Assembly (NCBI GenBank): GCA_951406725.2 | Contig: OX597815.1 | Span: 184,326,001-184,390,000, forward strand | From: Octopus vulgaris | Taxonomy: Eukaryota | Length of the DNA: 64,000 bases | Direction: 5' to 3' | Shown here: positions 27,466 to 39,624 of the stretch, piece by piece | How positions within the stretch are numbered: the first letter of the stretch is position 1 | Layout: every line of letters starts with the position of its first letter | Program-made: the position numbers and the translations under genes | Notes under the pieces: model-generated | The model's input: only the letters and a program-made list of their open reading frames with translations | Databases searched by the model: none | Told to the model about the DNA's origin: nothing

Positions 27466-28054
27466 AAAGAGGGCCCGATACAATGCTGTTCAAATATTGA
27501 GGAAAAAAAAACAGAAGTGAAACACCATTTCCTCAGCTCTTTACTTTTAATCTCACACTTACTCATTCTTTTGCAGTAATTGTCTTTTATTTATCATTTA
27601 CTTGTATATGTTGTTCAAATATTTTTTATCATCATACATTTATATTTCGTTGCAACATCATAATTCTCAGCAATAAATTTGCTCATTTATGCCCATAAGA
27701 ACCTATTACTAACGGACAGTAAAACGTTTTATTATATGACAAGTCAGCAAATCAAGAGAGGCGATAACATATTCAGTGTAAACAATTGCGATGTTCAGTT
27801 TTCTAAGATCCAAATACTATCTTCTGAACATTTTGTACAATATTCATTGATATCTATTAGTTTTAACCAGTTATAATCCGTTGCAGCCTGTAGTTCTATA
27901 AAATAAACTCGCCGTGTAGAAGCAAATCCCTTTCGCTTCTTAGTCAACGTTATATGTCAACCATAGGAATTCTATTTCATACCGTCTTTCGTGTTTTCAA
28001 TTACTGCTTATCATTATTTTACCTTTATTTTTACATTCTCTCCTTCAAGCATAC

Positions 28055-28856
28055 AGTCTCTCTGTTTCTGTGCCTCTCTCTCTCTCTCTCTATCTGTGCC
28101 CCTCTCGCTCTTTCTATCTGTGCCTCTCTCTCTGTCTCTCTTCCTGTGTGTGTCTCTCTCTGTGCCTCTCCCGCTCTCTGTGCCTCTCTCTCTCTATCTG
28201 TGCCTCTCTCTCTCTCTCTGTCCCTCTTCCTGTTTGTGTCTCTTTCTGTGCCTCTCCCGCTCTCTGTGCCTCTCTCTCTCTATGTCTCTCTTCTTGTGTG
28301 TCTCTCTCTGTGCCCCTCTCTCTCTGTCTCTCTTCCTGTGTGTGTGTCTCTCTCTGTGCCTCTCTCTCTGTGCCTCTCTCTCTATGCCTCTCTCTCTCTC
28401 TGTCTCTCTTCCTGTGTGTGTCTCTCTCTGTACCTCTCTCTCTCTCTGTGTCTCTCTTCCTGTGAGTGTCTCTCTCTGTGCCTCTCTCTCTCTCTATCTG
28501 TGCCTCTCTCTCTCTATGTCTCTCTTCTTGTGTGTCTCTCTCTGTGCCTCTCTCTCTGTCTCTCTTCCTATGTGTCTCTCTCTCTCTGTGCCTCTCTCTC
28601 TCTCTGTCTCTCTTCCTGTGTGTGTCTCTCTTCCTGTGTGTGTCTCTCTCTGTACCTCTCTCTCTCTCTGTCTCTCTTCCTGTGAGTGTCTCTCTCTGTG
28701 CCTCTCTCTCTCTATCTGTGCCTCTCTCTGTCTCTCTTCCTCTGTGTGTGTGTCTCTCTCTGTGCCTCTCTCTCTCTCTATGTCTCTCTTCCTGTGTGTC
28801 TCTCTCTATGTCTCTCTTCTTGTGTGTCTCTCTCTCTCTCTCCGTGCCTCTCTCTC
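28055..28856. repeat. Compound (CT)n-based minisatellite (tgtgcc(tc)n / tcttcctgtg modules)
   Basis: Strongly pyrimidine-skewed array; explains the L/S/C/V-rich ORFs. Confidence 0.95.
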
Positions 28857-28922
28857 ACACGCAAACACGCTCACATACATATACACATACACACGCACAC
28901 AAACGCGCACATACACATACAT

Positions 28923-29175
28923 GCGTTCACAAATAGGAATGGGGCTGAGTTATCTTTTGCGTAATTGTTGCGTTCGCTTTAATAACGATGTAAATGTGCA
29001 GCTTGACACACATATACACACGTACACTCACACACACACACACACTCACGCACACTCACGCACACACACACACACACACACAAGCACGCACGTTCACAAA
29101 TAGGAACGTAGTCGAATTATCAATCGCGTAAATTTTGCGTTCGCTCTAATAACGATGCAAATGTGCCGCTTGATA
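28923..29175. repeat. ~85-bp diverged direct repeat separated by (CA)n
   Basis: cgttcacaaatagga..ttgcgttcgct..aataacgatg..aaatgtgc..gcttga at 28923-29007 and 29090-29175. Confidence 0.85.
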
Positions 29176-29469
29176 TTATTGTAATGCCCGTGTGTATATA
29201 ATATTGTTCATTGTCATTTCGAAAATATAAGCTTTAGACGTCGGCATTAATCATCCAGGGAATATTACGGTATTGAACTGAAACAAAACTATTAAATAAT
29301 ATCGTTTTCAGTAATTTGTGATAAATAATAAACACAATTAACTGACTCTGTCTTTATATACATATATATTAAATATATTAAAGCATAGGCAACCGCTTTC
29401 AATCTTTATACAAATGATTCAGGACTTCAGAAACGCTTCTGAAAATACAAATCACGTAAAAATTTAATT

Positions 29470-29764
29470 ACAACAATCCCTCGCCATATCGCGGTTTGCC
29501 TACCGCGGCTTACCTATCGCGGTTTATGACTTAAGCTTACGTCGATTTCCCCCGTGGTGCTGTCTTGCATTTATAATCAAATAAATATATACAAATATAG
29601 GTGTAGGAGTGGCTGTGTGGTAAGTAGCTTGCTTACCAACCACATGGTTTCGGGTTGAGTCCTTTTGCGTGGCACCTTGGGCATGTGTGTTCTCGTATTG
29701 CCTCGGGCCGACCAAAGCCTTATGAGTGGGTTTGGTAGACGGAAACTGAAAGAAACCCATCGTA

Positions 29765-29846
<82 letters not shown>

Positions 29847-30072
29847 TGTGTCTGTGGTTGTCCCCCCACCATTGCTTGACAACCGATGCTGGTGTGTTTT
29901 TGTCCCCGTAACTTAGCGGTTCGGTATAAAAGACCGATAGAATAAGTACTAGGCTTACAAAGAATAAGTCTTGGGGTCGATTTGTTCCACTAAAGGCTGT
30001 GATCCAGCATGGCCGCAGTCAAATGACTGAAACAAATTAAAAAATAAAAGAGTAAATTATAAAGATAATAAT

Positions 30073-30117
<45 letters not shown>

Positions 30118-30200
30118 ATCACTGTTTCGACTTCGTGGATTTTCAACTATCTCAGGGGTCTTTTGGATCATAACACCCACGACTATCGAGAGATTACTGT
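29470..30200. mobile_element. Tigger/pogo-type MITE split by a family B SINE
   Basis: Left end caacaatccctcgccatatcgcgg, right end cgactatcgagagattactg; colinear with the ends of 41720-42358. Confidence 0.75.
29601..30055 (+). mobile_element. SINE family B, full length (CORE-type, with internal (TA)n(TG)n)
   Basis: gtggctgtgtggtaag head, caccttgggca CORE-like motif, microsatellite 29763-29850, conserved tail; resembles described Octopus tRNA-SINEs (from recall). Confidence 0.9.
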
Positions 30201-30834
30201 GCTGTGAACAAGAATAAGAACAATGAACCATAGATATTGCTTGCCATTTTTGCCTAAATTTCTACAAGTTCTCTCAGAGAGATTCCCTAGTTATTTAATC
30301 GTACAGTGTAGTAGTTTCACTATAGAGAAACAGCTACACTAACTCTTTTAATGTATGGTCTAGATCAAACATGAAAAACACTCGAGCAGTGAGTTAAGAT
30401 TTGCGTTGCTTTTGATTGGAATTTGGTGCGGTGTAACATGCAAGGATGCAGTTCCAAGTGACTGTAATTTAGGGAAAATAATTAGCAAATTATGGTTCGG
30501 CAAACGTAGGAGATGCAGGAGAGAAGCGGATATCTATCATTTTTAAGAGTCTGCTTTGCTTGAGATGTGTGATGGACATGACAGAGATAAACGATTAATA
30601 CGGAAGTTTAGAAATGCCACTTAACTTTGGGTGGTAACCGGTCGCCTTTTCTCTCTACATCTCCTTTTATCTATTTCTCTGATAAAATGTGATATGATAC
30701 AATATGCTATGATATAATATGATGTGTGTGTGTGTGTGGAAGGCGTATATGCATAGGTACTCACAGATGCATAAATACATAAGGACAGACGCATAAATGC
30801 ACACACATATATACATACAGATATATAAATAAAT

Positions 30835-31087
30835 GAATACATATACATATTTATATATATATACATATATATATACATACATACACATACATATATACAT
30901 ATATATATATATACATACATACACATACATATATACATATATATATATATACATACATACACATACATATATATATATATATACATATACATACATACAC
31001 ATACATATATATATATATATACATATACATACATACACATACATATATACATCTATATATATATACATACATACACATACATATATA

Positions 31088-31120
<33 letters not shown>
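30835..31120. repeat. (TA)n/(CATA)n compound microsatellite
   Basis: Direct observation. Confidence 0.95.
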
Positions 31121-31123
<3 letters not shown>

Positions 31124-33859
31124 CCTATTTTAGGAATTTTTATTGGTTGGAAAATGTATTTCTATAAATTGCACAGGAGGAAAGGGAATATAATGAGAGG
31201 GAAAGAATGAATCAGCAAAAAGCTGGGCCCTGGTTTCAAATACAGCTGACTCTGCTGAAATTGCCAGGGGATGGTTTTAAACGGTCTCACAAAGTAAATG
31301 AACCACATAAGTAGGCGATGACAGGATTTCAGTTCAGAAATCTAAGAATGCGACAAATACTGCAAAATATGCGTTGCAGTCGATTGCGTTTCCAGCAAGC
31401 ATCCGCTCTGCGTTGTTACTTAGGTTTCAACGCTGAAAGAATGGCGCTCACATTTGACCACAACTCAAAATCAGTAGAAACGTATTTAAGACCCGAGTTA
31501 ACTCAGGTTCATTAATCCTCTACCCATATCAATGTGGCAAAAATTAAGTAGATTTAATATGGTTGGGCTTTCACTTGAATCCGCTTGCAGTTAAGTCACG
31601 TGTGTAATGAATTCCATTTTAAGATAGAAGCGAAAGATTAAGAGACTCATGATACAGGTGCTTGCATTATATTTTGTTGAGTGACAGGTATTCTGTGAGT
31701 GCAAGAAGATTGCGTGGCGATATTTCTTCGTGTACGATAGAAGAAGAGAAGTTGCTGGGCGCTCGCGTCCCGAGGATGATGTTGGTAGACGAAGTTGATA
31801 ACTTTCACATACTTGTTAGCAGAGTTCGGGAAAGCAACGAAGTTTACTAAGTAATTTAGTGTCCACCGGGATCAATTAATATTGGAATAACGTTTTGGAA
31901 TGTTATGAAAGTATAATAAACTTATGAGTAAATAATAGATATTTGAGGAATAATATTTAAGAATCTATTTGACACTAAAGATACGACTACGCTGCTGCAG
32001 CAAAGACCTTCGCATTAGTAAGTTACAAGAATCAATTTTTACCTATTGTAATAGATATTTGCAATTCAGTGATATTAGGGGTGTGGGAATACGCATTGCT
32101 GCAAACCTAGTTCATGGCTATATCCCATCATGTTAGGAAAATATTAATATTATTTTAAAAGATGGAAATATAATAACATTAATAATAATGATAACTGAGG
32201 TCATAAAGTCAAATAACTAGAGATATAGTTATATAATTATTGCTAGTATGCATGCAGCACTCTCATTATGGTGTAATGATTTATAGCCAGTTCATGAACT
32301 CCTGTTATGGAAGATCATGAACCCTATAATAAGACGTGTGGTGGCCAAAATATTAAATAAATAGATGTAGGGCAAAGAGAAAGAGAGAATCAAGGAGTAG
32401 GAATTAGAGAGAGAGACCAACACTGGAGAGGTTACTAAATGTGGGTTGTTTACTGCTGAATCACATTATTATGAATTATAAATGTCCTTTCATTTTTGTA
32501 AGCGAATTAATAGGAAGAATAAGGTGAGTTGATGTAAGAAAGGTTGTGGAGGGGGAGACTGGGATTATAATTATCTCAGAACTTGGAGCAAGAAAATGTA
32601 CACAAAATCAGGGACGAAAGAAAGAAGGAAAGTAATGGGTAAGGAAAGAGCTTTTGTAGCGGTTATAATTGGTGGAGAGATATAATAGCTTCTGTTCAGA
32701 ACAAAGCAATCACCAGTTTGTGATTGTTGTGTTCTAATCTTCGGTGGGCTGGATAAGACATTCATTTGTCTTATACTTCTTTCAGTTGCTGGATTGCAGC
32801 CCATGCCTGGGCATTGTCTTGCAGGATCAAGCCAATAAATCGGCATCGGTGCTATTTTTAAGCCTGGTACTTATTCTATTAGCCGCTTTTGTGGAATCAC
32901 TCACAGGGGTATAATCAAACCAACACCGATTGTCTGGCGGTGGTGGAAGCGAAGCACAAATATAAAGACACACACTCAAATACACACACATGTATATATA
33001 AATACATGCGTGTGTATATAATTACATATATATACATATATATATACATATCTATATACATATCTATATACATATATAAATATATATACATACATACACA
33101 TGTATATAAACACACACATATATATGTGTGTGTATAGAGTGTTAGTTGTGATATGCAGTAATTGAATACTGAGAGAAAGGTCGTCAGAAATTTGTAGAAA
33201 AAAACCCCTTTTATTTATTTATTTCTAAAACTTTCTAGTACTGCCCTTTAGTACTTCATTATGGCAAGGGGTGTATTGTTAAAGGCAAGCAACTTAATGC
33301 TAACACTGGAGACTAGGGATTAAATAATATTTACTGAATGCTTGTGCATTCATCTAGGGTGATGAATTCATTATAATAAAGTGTTTTGTTATGTATTATA
33401 AATAAGTAATGAATCTGTTATCTAAATCTAGCATTACAATCCGCATATTAATCATAATAATGTTAGTCTACAGCAATTTCAAATTTTAGTCTTTGAAAGA
33501 TGTAATGGCGATCAATCTTAACCCTGACTAAGTTGCACGAGTTTAGGTTAGTAGCAGCAATTATTCCATCATCCTGATATTAATCTTCTAACACCATCGG
33601 AAATAACACTTGCTGTGTATGATGTAATAATACAGATAACAAAAATGAATTTGATATTTGATACATGAAAAACAAAAGGTTTCTTCGAATTTCATAACTT
33701 TGCGTCTAAACTTAGAAGCTAACTGCTTGTTGGCTCATGATGATATATTTTCGTAATAGTTTCGGCGTTCATAGGGCTGTCAGTAGAAAGTATTATATAC
33801 TGGAAGCAAAACAGTTTGTATATTGATTTAGATTAATGTACCGCTATATTTATTGTGTA

Positions 33860-34255
33860 CAAGCAGTATCGCCCGGCGTTGCTCGGGTTTGTAAGGGAAA
33901 TAACTATATAAGCATTTTTAGAGATGTAAAGTATAATAGCTATCTCAATATGGCTAACCTCAAAGGAGGGGTGTTACTGTAGCTTTTTACGTTCTGAGAT
34001 TTAATAATACATTTTTAGAGAGTTACTTCCCTTATATAATAGCAAAAAAATGCATTAAAACTGGGGAAAAAATTATGGAAATTTTTTTTTAAATCGTAGA
34101 CTCATCGTAGACGCGCGCTAATACCCAGAAGGGCTCGATATGAATCACGACTATAAGATACCCGCTTTTGGTTACACTGCACCGAAAAATGTGGGAGTAG
34201 TTAGGAATCTAAATCGTAGGAGACAGACACACAACTTCACTTTTATATATAAAGA
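33860..34255 (-). mobile_element. Non-autonomous Helitron, second subfamily
   Basis: Same termini as 26116 (gcagtatcgcccggcgttgctcggg; acaacttca..tttatatat..ga) but a different interior; CTAG mutated. Confidence 0.8.
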
Positions 34256-34560
34256 TATGTTGGAGATTGTTTGGGAATTGTAGAGCATTAATCCAGAAGT
34301 TGAGCTAGGTAAAAGCGCGGCCATAGGAATTCTAAAACATTTATTAATTCGTTCAAAGTTAGATGTTTAGGGACTGGTTATTCGGATGTGTGGAAGAAAT
34401 CAGCATTTGGCCTTGCAGACACAAATTGGAAGGTTTATAGACTTAAATTTATGAATTCATAAAATTTCAGTTAGATTATCAATTTATTTTTGATTAAGCT
34501 CGCCCTTATAAAGTGTTTTCGTAAAGATTTAGCAATCATAAATATTTTTATTTCATATTT

Positions 34561-34610
34561 TTCGTCAAATACTGAAGCAGATACACATATCTGCTTCAGT
34601 ATTTGACGAA
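34561..34610. repeat. Perfect 23-bp hairpin with 4-nt loop
   Basis: ttcgtcaaatactgaagcagata-caca-tatctgcttcagtatttgacgaa. Confidence 0.97.
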
Positions 34611-34792
34611 GCATCATTACATATTTAAACAGATTTGATTATTCTTGAAAAAGTTCGTTTTATTGATGAAGCAGAAACAGCTGTAATTTATGAGATATGT
34701 CATTTTTGGCATAAAATATTTTAAATTGAATTAAATCTTTAATTGTTCAATTTATTGTTTTTCATTCCTGATTTATATATAAATATTTATAC

Positions 34793-34945
34793 ACGACGGG
34801 TTTCTTTCAGCTTCCATCTTTCAAATCCACTCACAAGGCTTTGGTCAGCCCGAGGTTATAATAGAAGACACTTGCCGAAGGTGCCACTGAACCCAGAACC
34901 ATGTGGTTGGTAAGCAAGTTACTTACCACACAGCCACGCGTGCGC
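34793..34945 (-). mobile_element. SINE family B 5' half
   Basis: aaatccactcacaaggctttggtc..agaagacacttgcc..accatgtggttggtaagcaag. Confidence 0.85.
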
Positions 34946-35019
34946 CTAATGCGAGACCGATATATATATATATATATATATATAAATTTAGAAATACAGT
35001 TCTATATTTAAGAGATGAG

Positions 35020-35329
35020 GATTTATGTACATTATTTACAATTGGCGGATATTTGTCCTCATTTTTTTTGTTGTTAACACATTTCGGCTGATATACACTC
35101 CAGCCTTCATCAGGTGTCTTGGGTAAATTTCGAACCTGGGTTCTCATTCCTAACGTATTTTTCGATGTTGTTATTATCATTATTATTATTCAGGTCACTG
35201 TCTGGAATCAAGCTCGGAATCTTGAGATTAGTAGCCCGCACTCTTAACCACTACTCCCACGGGCATATGACGTAGTGGTTAGGAGTGCGGGCTACTAATT
35301 AAAATTCCGAGTTCGATTCCAGGAAGTGT

Positions 35330-35365
<36 letters not shown>

Positions 35366-35520
35366 CATGGAAAAATACCTTAGGAATGAGAACCCAGGTT
35401 CGAAATTTCCTCAAGACACCTGATGAAGGCTGGAGGGTATATCAGCCGAAATGTTGTGTTAACAACAAACAAGATGAGGATAAATATCTGTCAATTGTAA
35501 ATGATGTAAATAATGTATAA
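35020..35520. mobile_element. Head-to-head pair of family E elements (minus 35020-35254, plus 35256-35520)
   Basis: Plus copy has A box tgacgtagtgg, B box gagttcgattcc, (AAT)n, then the HHR; minus copy is its 5'-clipped reverse complement. Confidence 0.9.
35415..35460 (+). ncRNA. Minimal hammerhead ribozyme (family E)
   Basis: gacac-CTGATGA(35420-35426)-a-ggctg..cagcc-GAAA-t-GTT-gtgtt; one C>T change in stem III. The partner at 35076-35118 (-) has a 3-nt deletion there. Confidence 0.75.
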
Positions 35521-35746
35521 AATTGAGAAGTTTCTTTTATTTTATTAAAATATTTTTGTTATATAAGGTAGACAAATATTATTTACTCGTTTATTATTGA
35601 CTCCTGTATACGTCTGGTCGTAATTTTAACATGAAAATTTGCGTGTTATTAATCAAATGATTGTCATATTGTTAGTCGATGAAGGAGAGGAAATTGGTGA
35701 AAAACCAAAGTTTTAGAAAGTATTAAGTTTTAAAAACTACGTGTAA

Positions 35747-35777
<31 letters not shown>

Positions 35778-36454
35778 CATATATATAATAACAATGCGAT
35801 TAATCACCAAACACTTCCGTCCATCGAACAAACATTCTTACTTAAACAAGTGATAACTTTTCTATATTAAAGAAACAATTTAAAACCATCGAATCAAATA
35901 TATGAAATAAATATGATGTTCTAATCCCACATTTGACCCTGCTTAGAGATATTTTAACCCTGATTTCATTTAAATATTTTTATTTTTAATAAACTTTTAG
36001 ATGAAGCCTCGGGCATAGATAGGTACTAAGGAGCTTGCTTCATAACCATATCGTTCCGGATTCAGTCCAACTGTGTGGCAACTTGTGCAAATGTTTCTAT
36101 TATCGTCTCGGGGCGGTTAAAGCATTGTGAGTGAATTTGATAGAGGGAAATTTTAAAAGATGTCCTCGTATATATTTATGCACATGTGTTGTGTGTGTTT
36201 GTCTGTTTGGTGAGATTTGCCTTAGGTGTAATGTAAATCTGTACCTGAGGTCTTAACAAAGAGTTTAGTGAGGGTTTCATTGAGGGAAACACGAAGCATA
36301 TACGTCGAATAGTATTGTTTAGTGTTCTGTATAGATGACAACTTGAATGGAAGTGAGAAAATGTGCCACTTACATAGACACTTAAGCAATTTTGAATCAA
36401 ATTTAGATATCTCCCGTCCATTTGGAAGGAATTTACTATTGGAAATATTAGCTA

Positions 36455-36720
36455 TATATATATATCCAGGGCATTTCTATACATACATGGCACACGCTAG
36501 GACGGTCTCTCAAAAATCAAAACTACCAAAATAGATAAACACATTGTATCGAATTTGTGTACTAATTAGGAAATCATATGATATGCAGCTGAATTCTGTT
36601 TTTAAAATGCTCGCTTCCCTCGCATTCGGTATGATGTGTTTATTTATTTTGGTAGTTTTGACTTTAAGAGTCCCTCCTAGCGTGTGGCATTTATGTATAG
36701 TAATGCCCTCGATATAAATA
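36455..36720. mobile_element. Fold-back MITE, ~95-bp arms
   Basis: agggcatttctatacatacatggcacacgctagga..aaaactaccaaaatagataaacacat vs atgtgtttatttattttggtagtttt..tcctagcgtgtggcatttatgtatagtaatgccct. Confidence 0.75.
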
Positions 36721-36823
36721 AATATTTTTAAGAGAAAAATTGATGGAATTTTTCCCTTATGAGGTTTTTCACGCTACTTCATAAATTCTTATAAAGATTT
36801 TTATCCTATTTCTAAATGGTGTA

Positions 36824-36863
<40 letters not shown>

Positions 36864-37149
36864 GTTAATCAGTGTACATGGTAGTACCACCAATGCTAGA
36901 AATAAGAATTAAAACGACTCAAAAAACACTGTTATCACTAATACACACTGGTGAATTCGAGGAAACGAGTAAATAAAATGACCAACTTACTAGCATGGAA
37001 TAAATATCACAAATGAATAAACACCTAACTTCAGTGCGTACTGATGCCGAGGGCTAAAGATCGGTTTTGAAGTTTCCACTGCATTCTAATGGCCAAGAAA
37101 CAAATGCTAACGCGAGTATGCTTTATATATATATATATATACACAAGTT

Positions 37150-37320
37150 TTTTTTTTCCTTTTTTCTCTGATTATTTTCTCTTATTCCTTTCTCTTGAAG
37201 AGCATAGACTCGAAACGTAAAATCCATTGTCATTTTTCCCGAGCATCAGTCTAATACACTTGCTTGATGTTCATACAACTGTCTTCTTGTTTTGTTTTTC
37301 TATAAATTTCTAATATCTAT
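37150..37320 (+). mobile_element. pLTR-like fragment with decayed hammerhead, between (TA)n tracts
   Basis: ttgaagagcatagactcGAAAcgtaaaa; homologous to 39625-39772 (-). Confidence 0.6.
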
Positions 37321-37551
37321 CATATATATATATATATCAGCAAAGTAGCCAGTTAGAAAATCTCAATAACAGATGAGAGTAGTAACTATACTGACAAGTA
37401 AAGTTCAAAGCCTCATCAATATTGCTTTTCAATGTTGCTACTTCTTTAACCCCAGGCAGATCTTCCGCCGGACGGTGAAAGGTGCACCCTGCACCTTGTG
37501 TATATGGCAAGCAGAGGAGCGCACCCCCTACTATCCTCCACGAGATGACAG

Positions 37552-37605
37552 GATCGCGAGACCGACTCGGTTTCGGGCTATTTCTGCCCATCCTCAGTCG
37601 CGACC
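37552..37605 (-). ncRNA. Canonical type I hammerhead ribozyme
   Basis: Reverse complement: GGUCGCGA-CUGAGGA-U-GGGC-agaaaua-GCCC-GAAA-CCG-agu-CGG-UC-UCGCGAUC; 8-bp stem I; predicted GUC cut between 37560 and 37559. Confidence 0.92.
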
Positions 37606-37833
37606 GCGTGAACGCTAAACAGATGGCAAAAGTTCGCTGTGGTAATATATAAAAAAAACAAAGTGACCATCGGTCACTGATTTGCAACAAGCAAAGTATC
37701 CAGTTAGAAAATCATAATAAGGGATGAGAGTAGTAATTATACTGACAATTAAAGTTAATTGGCACATCAATATTGATGTTGGGTATATTTCGCGCTGGAG
37801 TAGACACTTGCCATCTCTCTAGCGGTCGGGTGT

Positions 37834-37884
37834 TTGCGACTGAGGATGGGCAGAAATAATCCGAAATCGAATCGGACTTGCGAT
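37834..37884 (+). ncRNA. Hammerhead ribozyme, probably inactivated copy
   Basis: ttgcga-CTGAGGA-tgggc..atcc-GAAA-tcgaatcgg-AC-ttgcga; U16.1 changed to A and stem II weakened. Confidence 0.65.
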
Positions 37885-38604
37885 CCCTTCGTTTAAGGAT
37901 AGGGTTTCGCTATCCTACTTGCAATAATACAGGGTGCAGGCTGTAACTATAACCATTTGGTGGAAGATCTGCTTGGCGTTAAAACGGTAGTAATATCGAA
38001 CAGCCATATTAATGTAGCGATTAATTTACGTGTTATATGTGTGTGTGTGTATGGTATGCGTGGGTGTGTGTGTACATGTATGCATGCACGAATGTCCTGG
38101 AATTCAGTTGTATAGAAATTAGAGGTGGGCTGAAGTTATTAAGTGTATTCCCCCTTGTTACTGAGCTCACTTTGTAAAGAATAAATATATCCGTATTAAC
38201 AATGCTAATTACAATGATAAAATCAGTTTGACAAAACTTTATACTCAATGGACTGGTAAAAGTCATTTTACCATACACGAGATGTGGGCGATGAACTGAT
38301 TATATAATTTAGCAAACACAGAAAATACAAAAAGAAAAAAAAACAGAACAAATCAAACCAAGGCTACTTCTAATGACATTTAATTAAGCATTAGTCAATA
38401 TTTTCATGGTAAATATTACTCTTTAACTCAATATTTCCTACCAAAAAGGGTATCCCACGATGACTATTTGTGACGCTCGTGAAGTAATGCTAGACTGAAA
38501 GAGAACATAAATTTCGAATTTTAATGTATTTATGACACGTAAATGTCAGCTCTTTTAAAACTATATCTCGTGATGTGGTCTTAGTTTCTGCGATTTGTAT
38601 AAAG

Positions 38605-38815
38605 CGGCGAGCTGGCAGAATCGTTAGCACGCCGGGAAAAATGTTCAGTGGAATTTCATCTGTCCTTACGTCCTGATTTCAAAATCCGCTGGGCTGATTA
38701 TGTATTTCAGCTTTCTTTCGTGGTCGATAAATTAAGTACCAATTTAGCATTAAGATCGATATAATCGACTTAATCCTTCTTCTGATATTTCTAGCCTTCT
38801 GCCTAAGTTTGAAAG
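38605..38815 (+). mobile_element. SINE family A, degenerate
   Basis: ggcgagctggcagaatcgttagcacgccggg head; ggtcgataaattaagtacca. Confidence 0.8.
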
Positions 38816-38845
38816 TTATATATATATATATATATATATATATAC

Positions 38846-39571
38846 TCATAAATGAGGGTGAAAAATTAGATATTAATTTAATAATACCATCAGTTTAACA
38901 CCAAGTGGCCTAGCACATAAAAACCAGGGAGACAATACAAATTTATACGTAAATATAAGAGAGTTACCGTTAAGTGGTTAACTCTAGTGCTAGAAATAGC
39001 TCCTTATTCTGGTATAGCCACCGAAGTTTTTTCCACAAAGAAATAACATTACCTTCAACGTAAGGAAAGTGAAATACAACGAAAAGATAGATTAATGTTG
39101 AACAATTGTTTCTTTATCAATATAATATGCAATTATACTCACATATTTATCTATAAATCATCAGCAGCATTTGTCTTCGATACAATTTATTAGACCATCA
39201 CGAGAGACAAATACCCATGCAGTCCAATCGATTGCATACATAGTTGTGATTTTTATGGTTTTTATGTGCTAGGCCACTTGGTGTTAAACTGATGGTATTA
39301 TTAAATTAATATCTAATTTTTCACCCTCATTTATGAATTTATAAATTTAATATACTGCAGTAAATAATATATGCAGTATTCGTTTCCACTAAGTCTTACC
39401 ATGCTTTTGGCGGGGAGCCTAAAATCACAACTATGTATGCAATAGATTGGACCGCACGGGTATTTGTCGCCCGTGATGGTCTAATAAATTGTATCGAAGA
39501 CAAATGCTGCTGATGATTTATACCAGAATAAGGAGCTATTTCTAACACTAGAGTTAACCACTTAACGGTAA

Positions 39572-39578
<7 letters not shown>
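38846..39578. repeat. Family G: interleaved inverted repeats (A B C A' C' B') between (TA)n tracts
   Basis: A 38847-38926 / A' 39256-39335; B 38958-39014 / B' 39521-39577; C 39153-39253 / C' 39421-39520; arms nearly identical. Confidence 0.9.
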
Positions 39579-39623
<45 letters not shown>

Positions 39624-39624
39624 C

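Larger units (their letters stand above)
37340..38012. mobile_element. pLTR-like composite: direct repeat (37340-37424 / 37691-37775) plus inverted repeat (about 37418-37650 / 37785-38012)
   Basis: Both repeats visible in sequence; each inverted arm carries a hammerhead motif. Confidence 0.85.

Noticed and set aside
32000-34720. Faint APE/RT-like peptides here and at 9190-9450, 12400-12700, 46420-46810, 59150-60000 and 63450-63900
   Set aside because: Probably very old LINE relics, but motifs are too degraded to assign without an HMM search.
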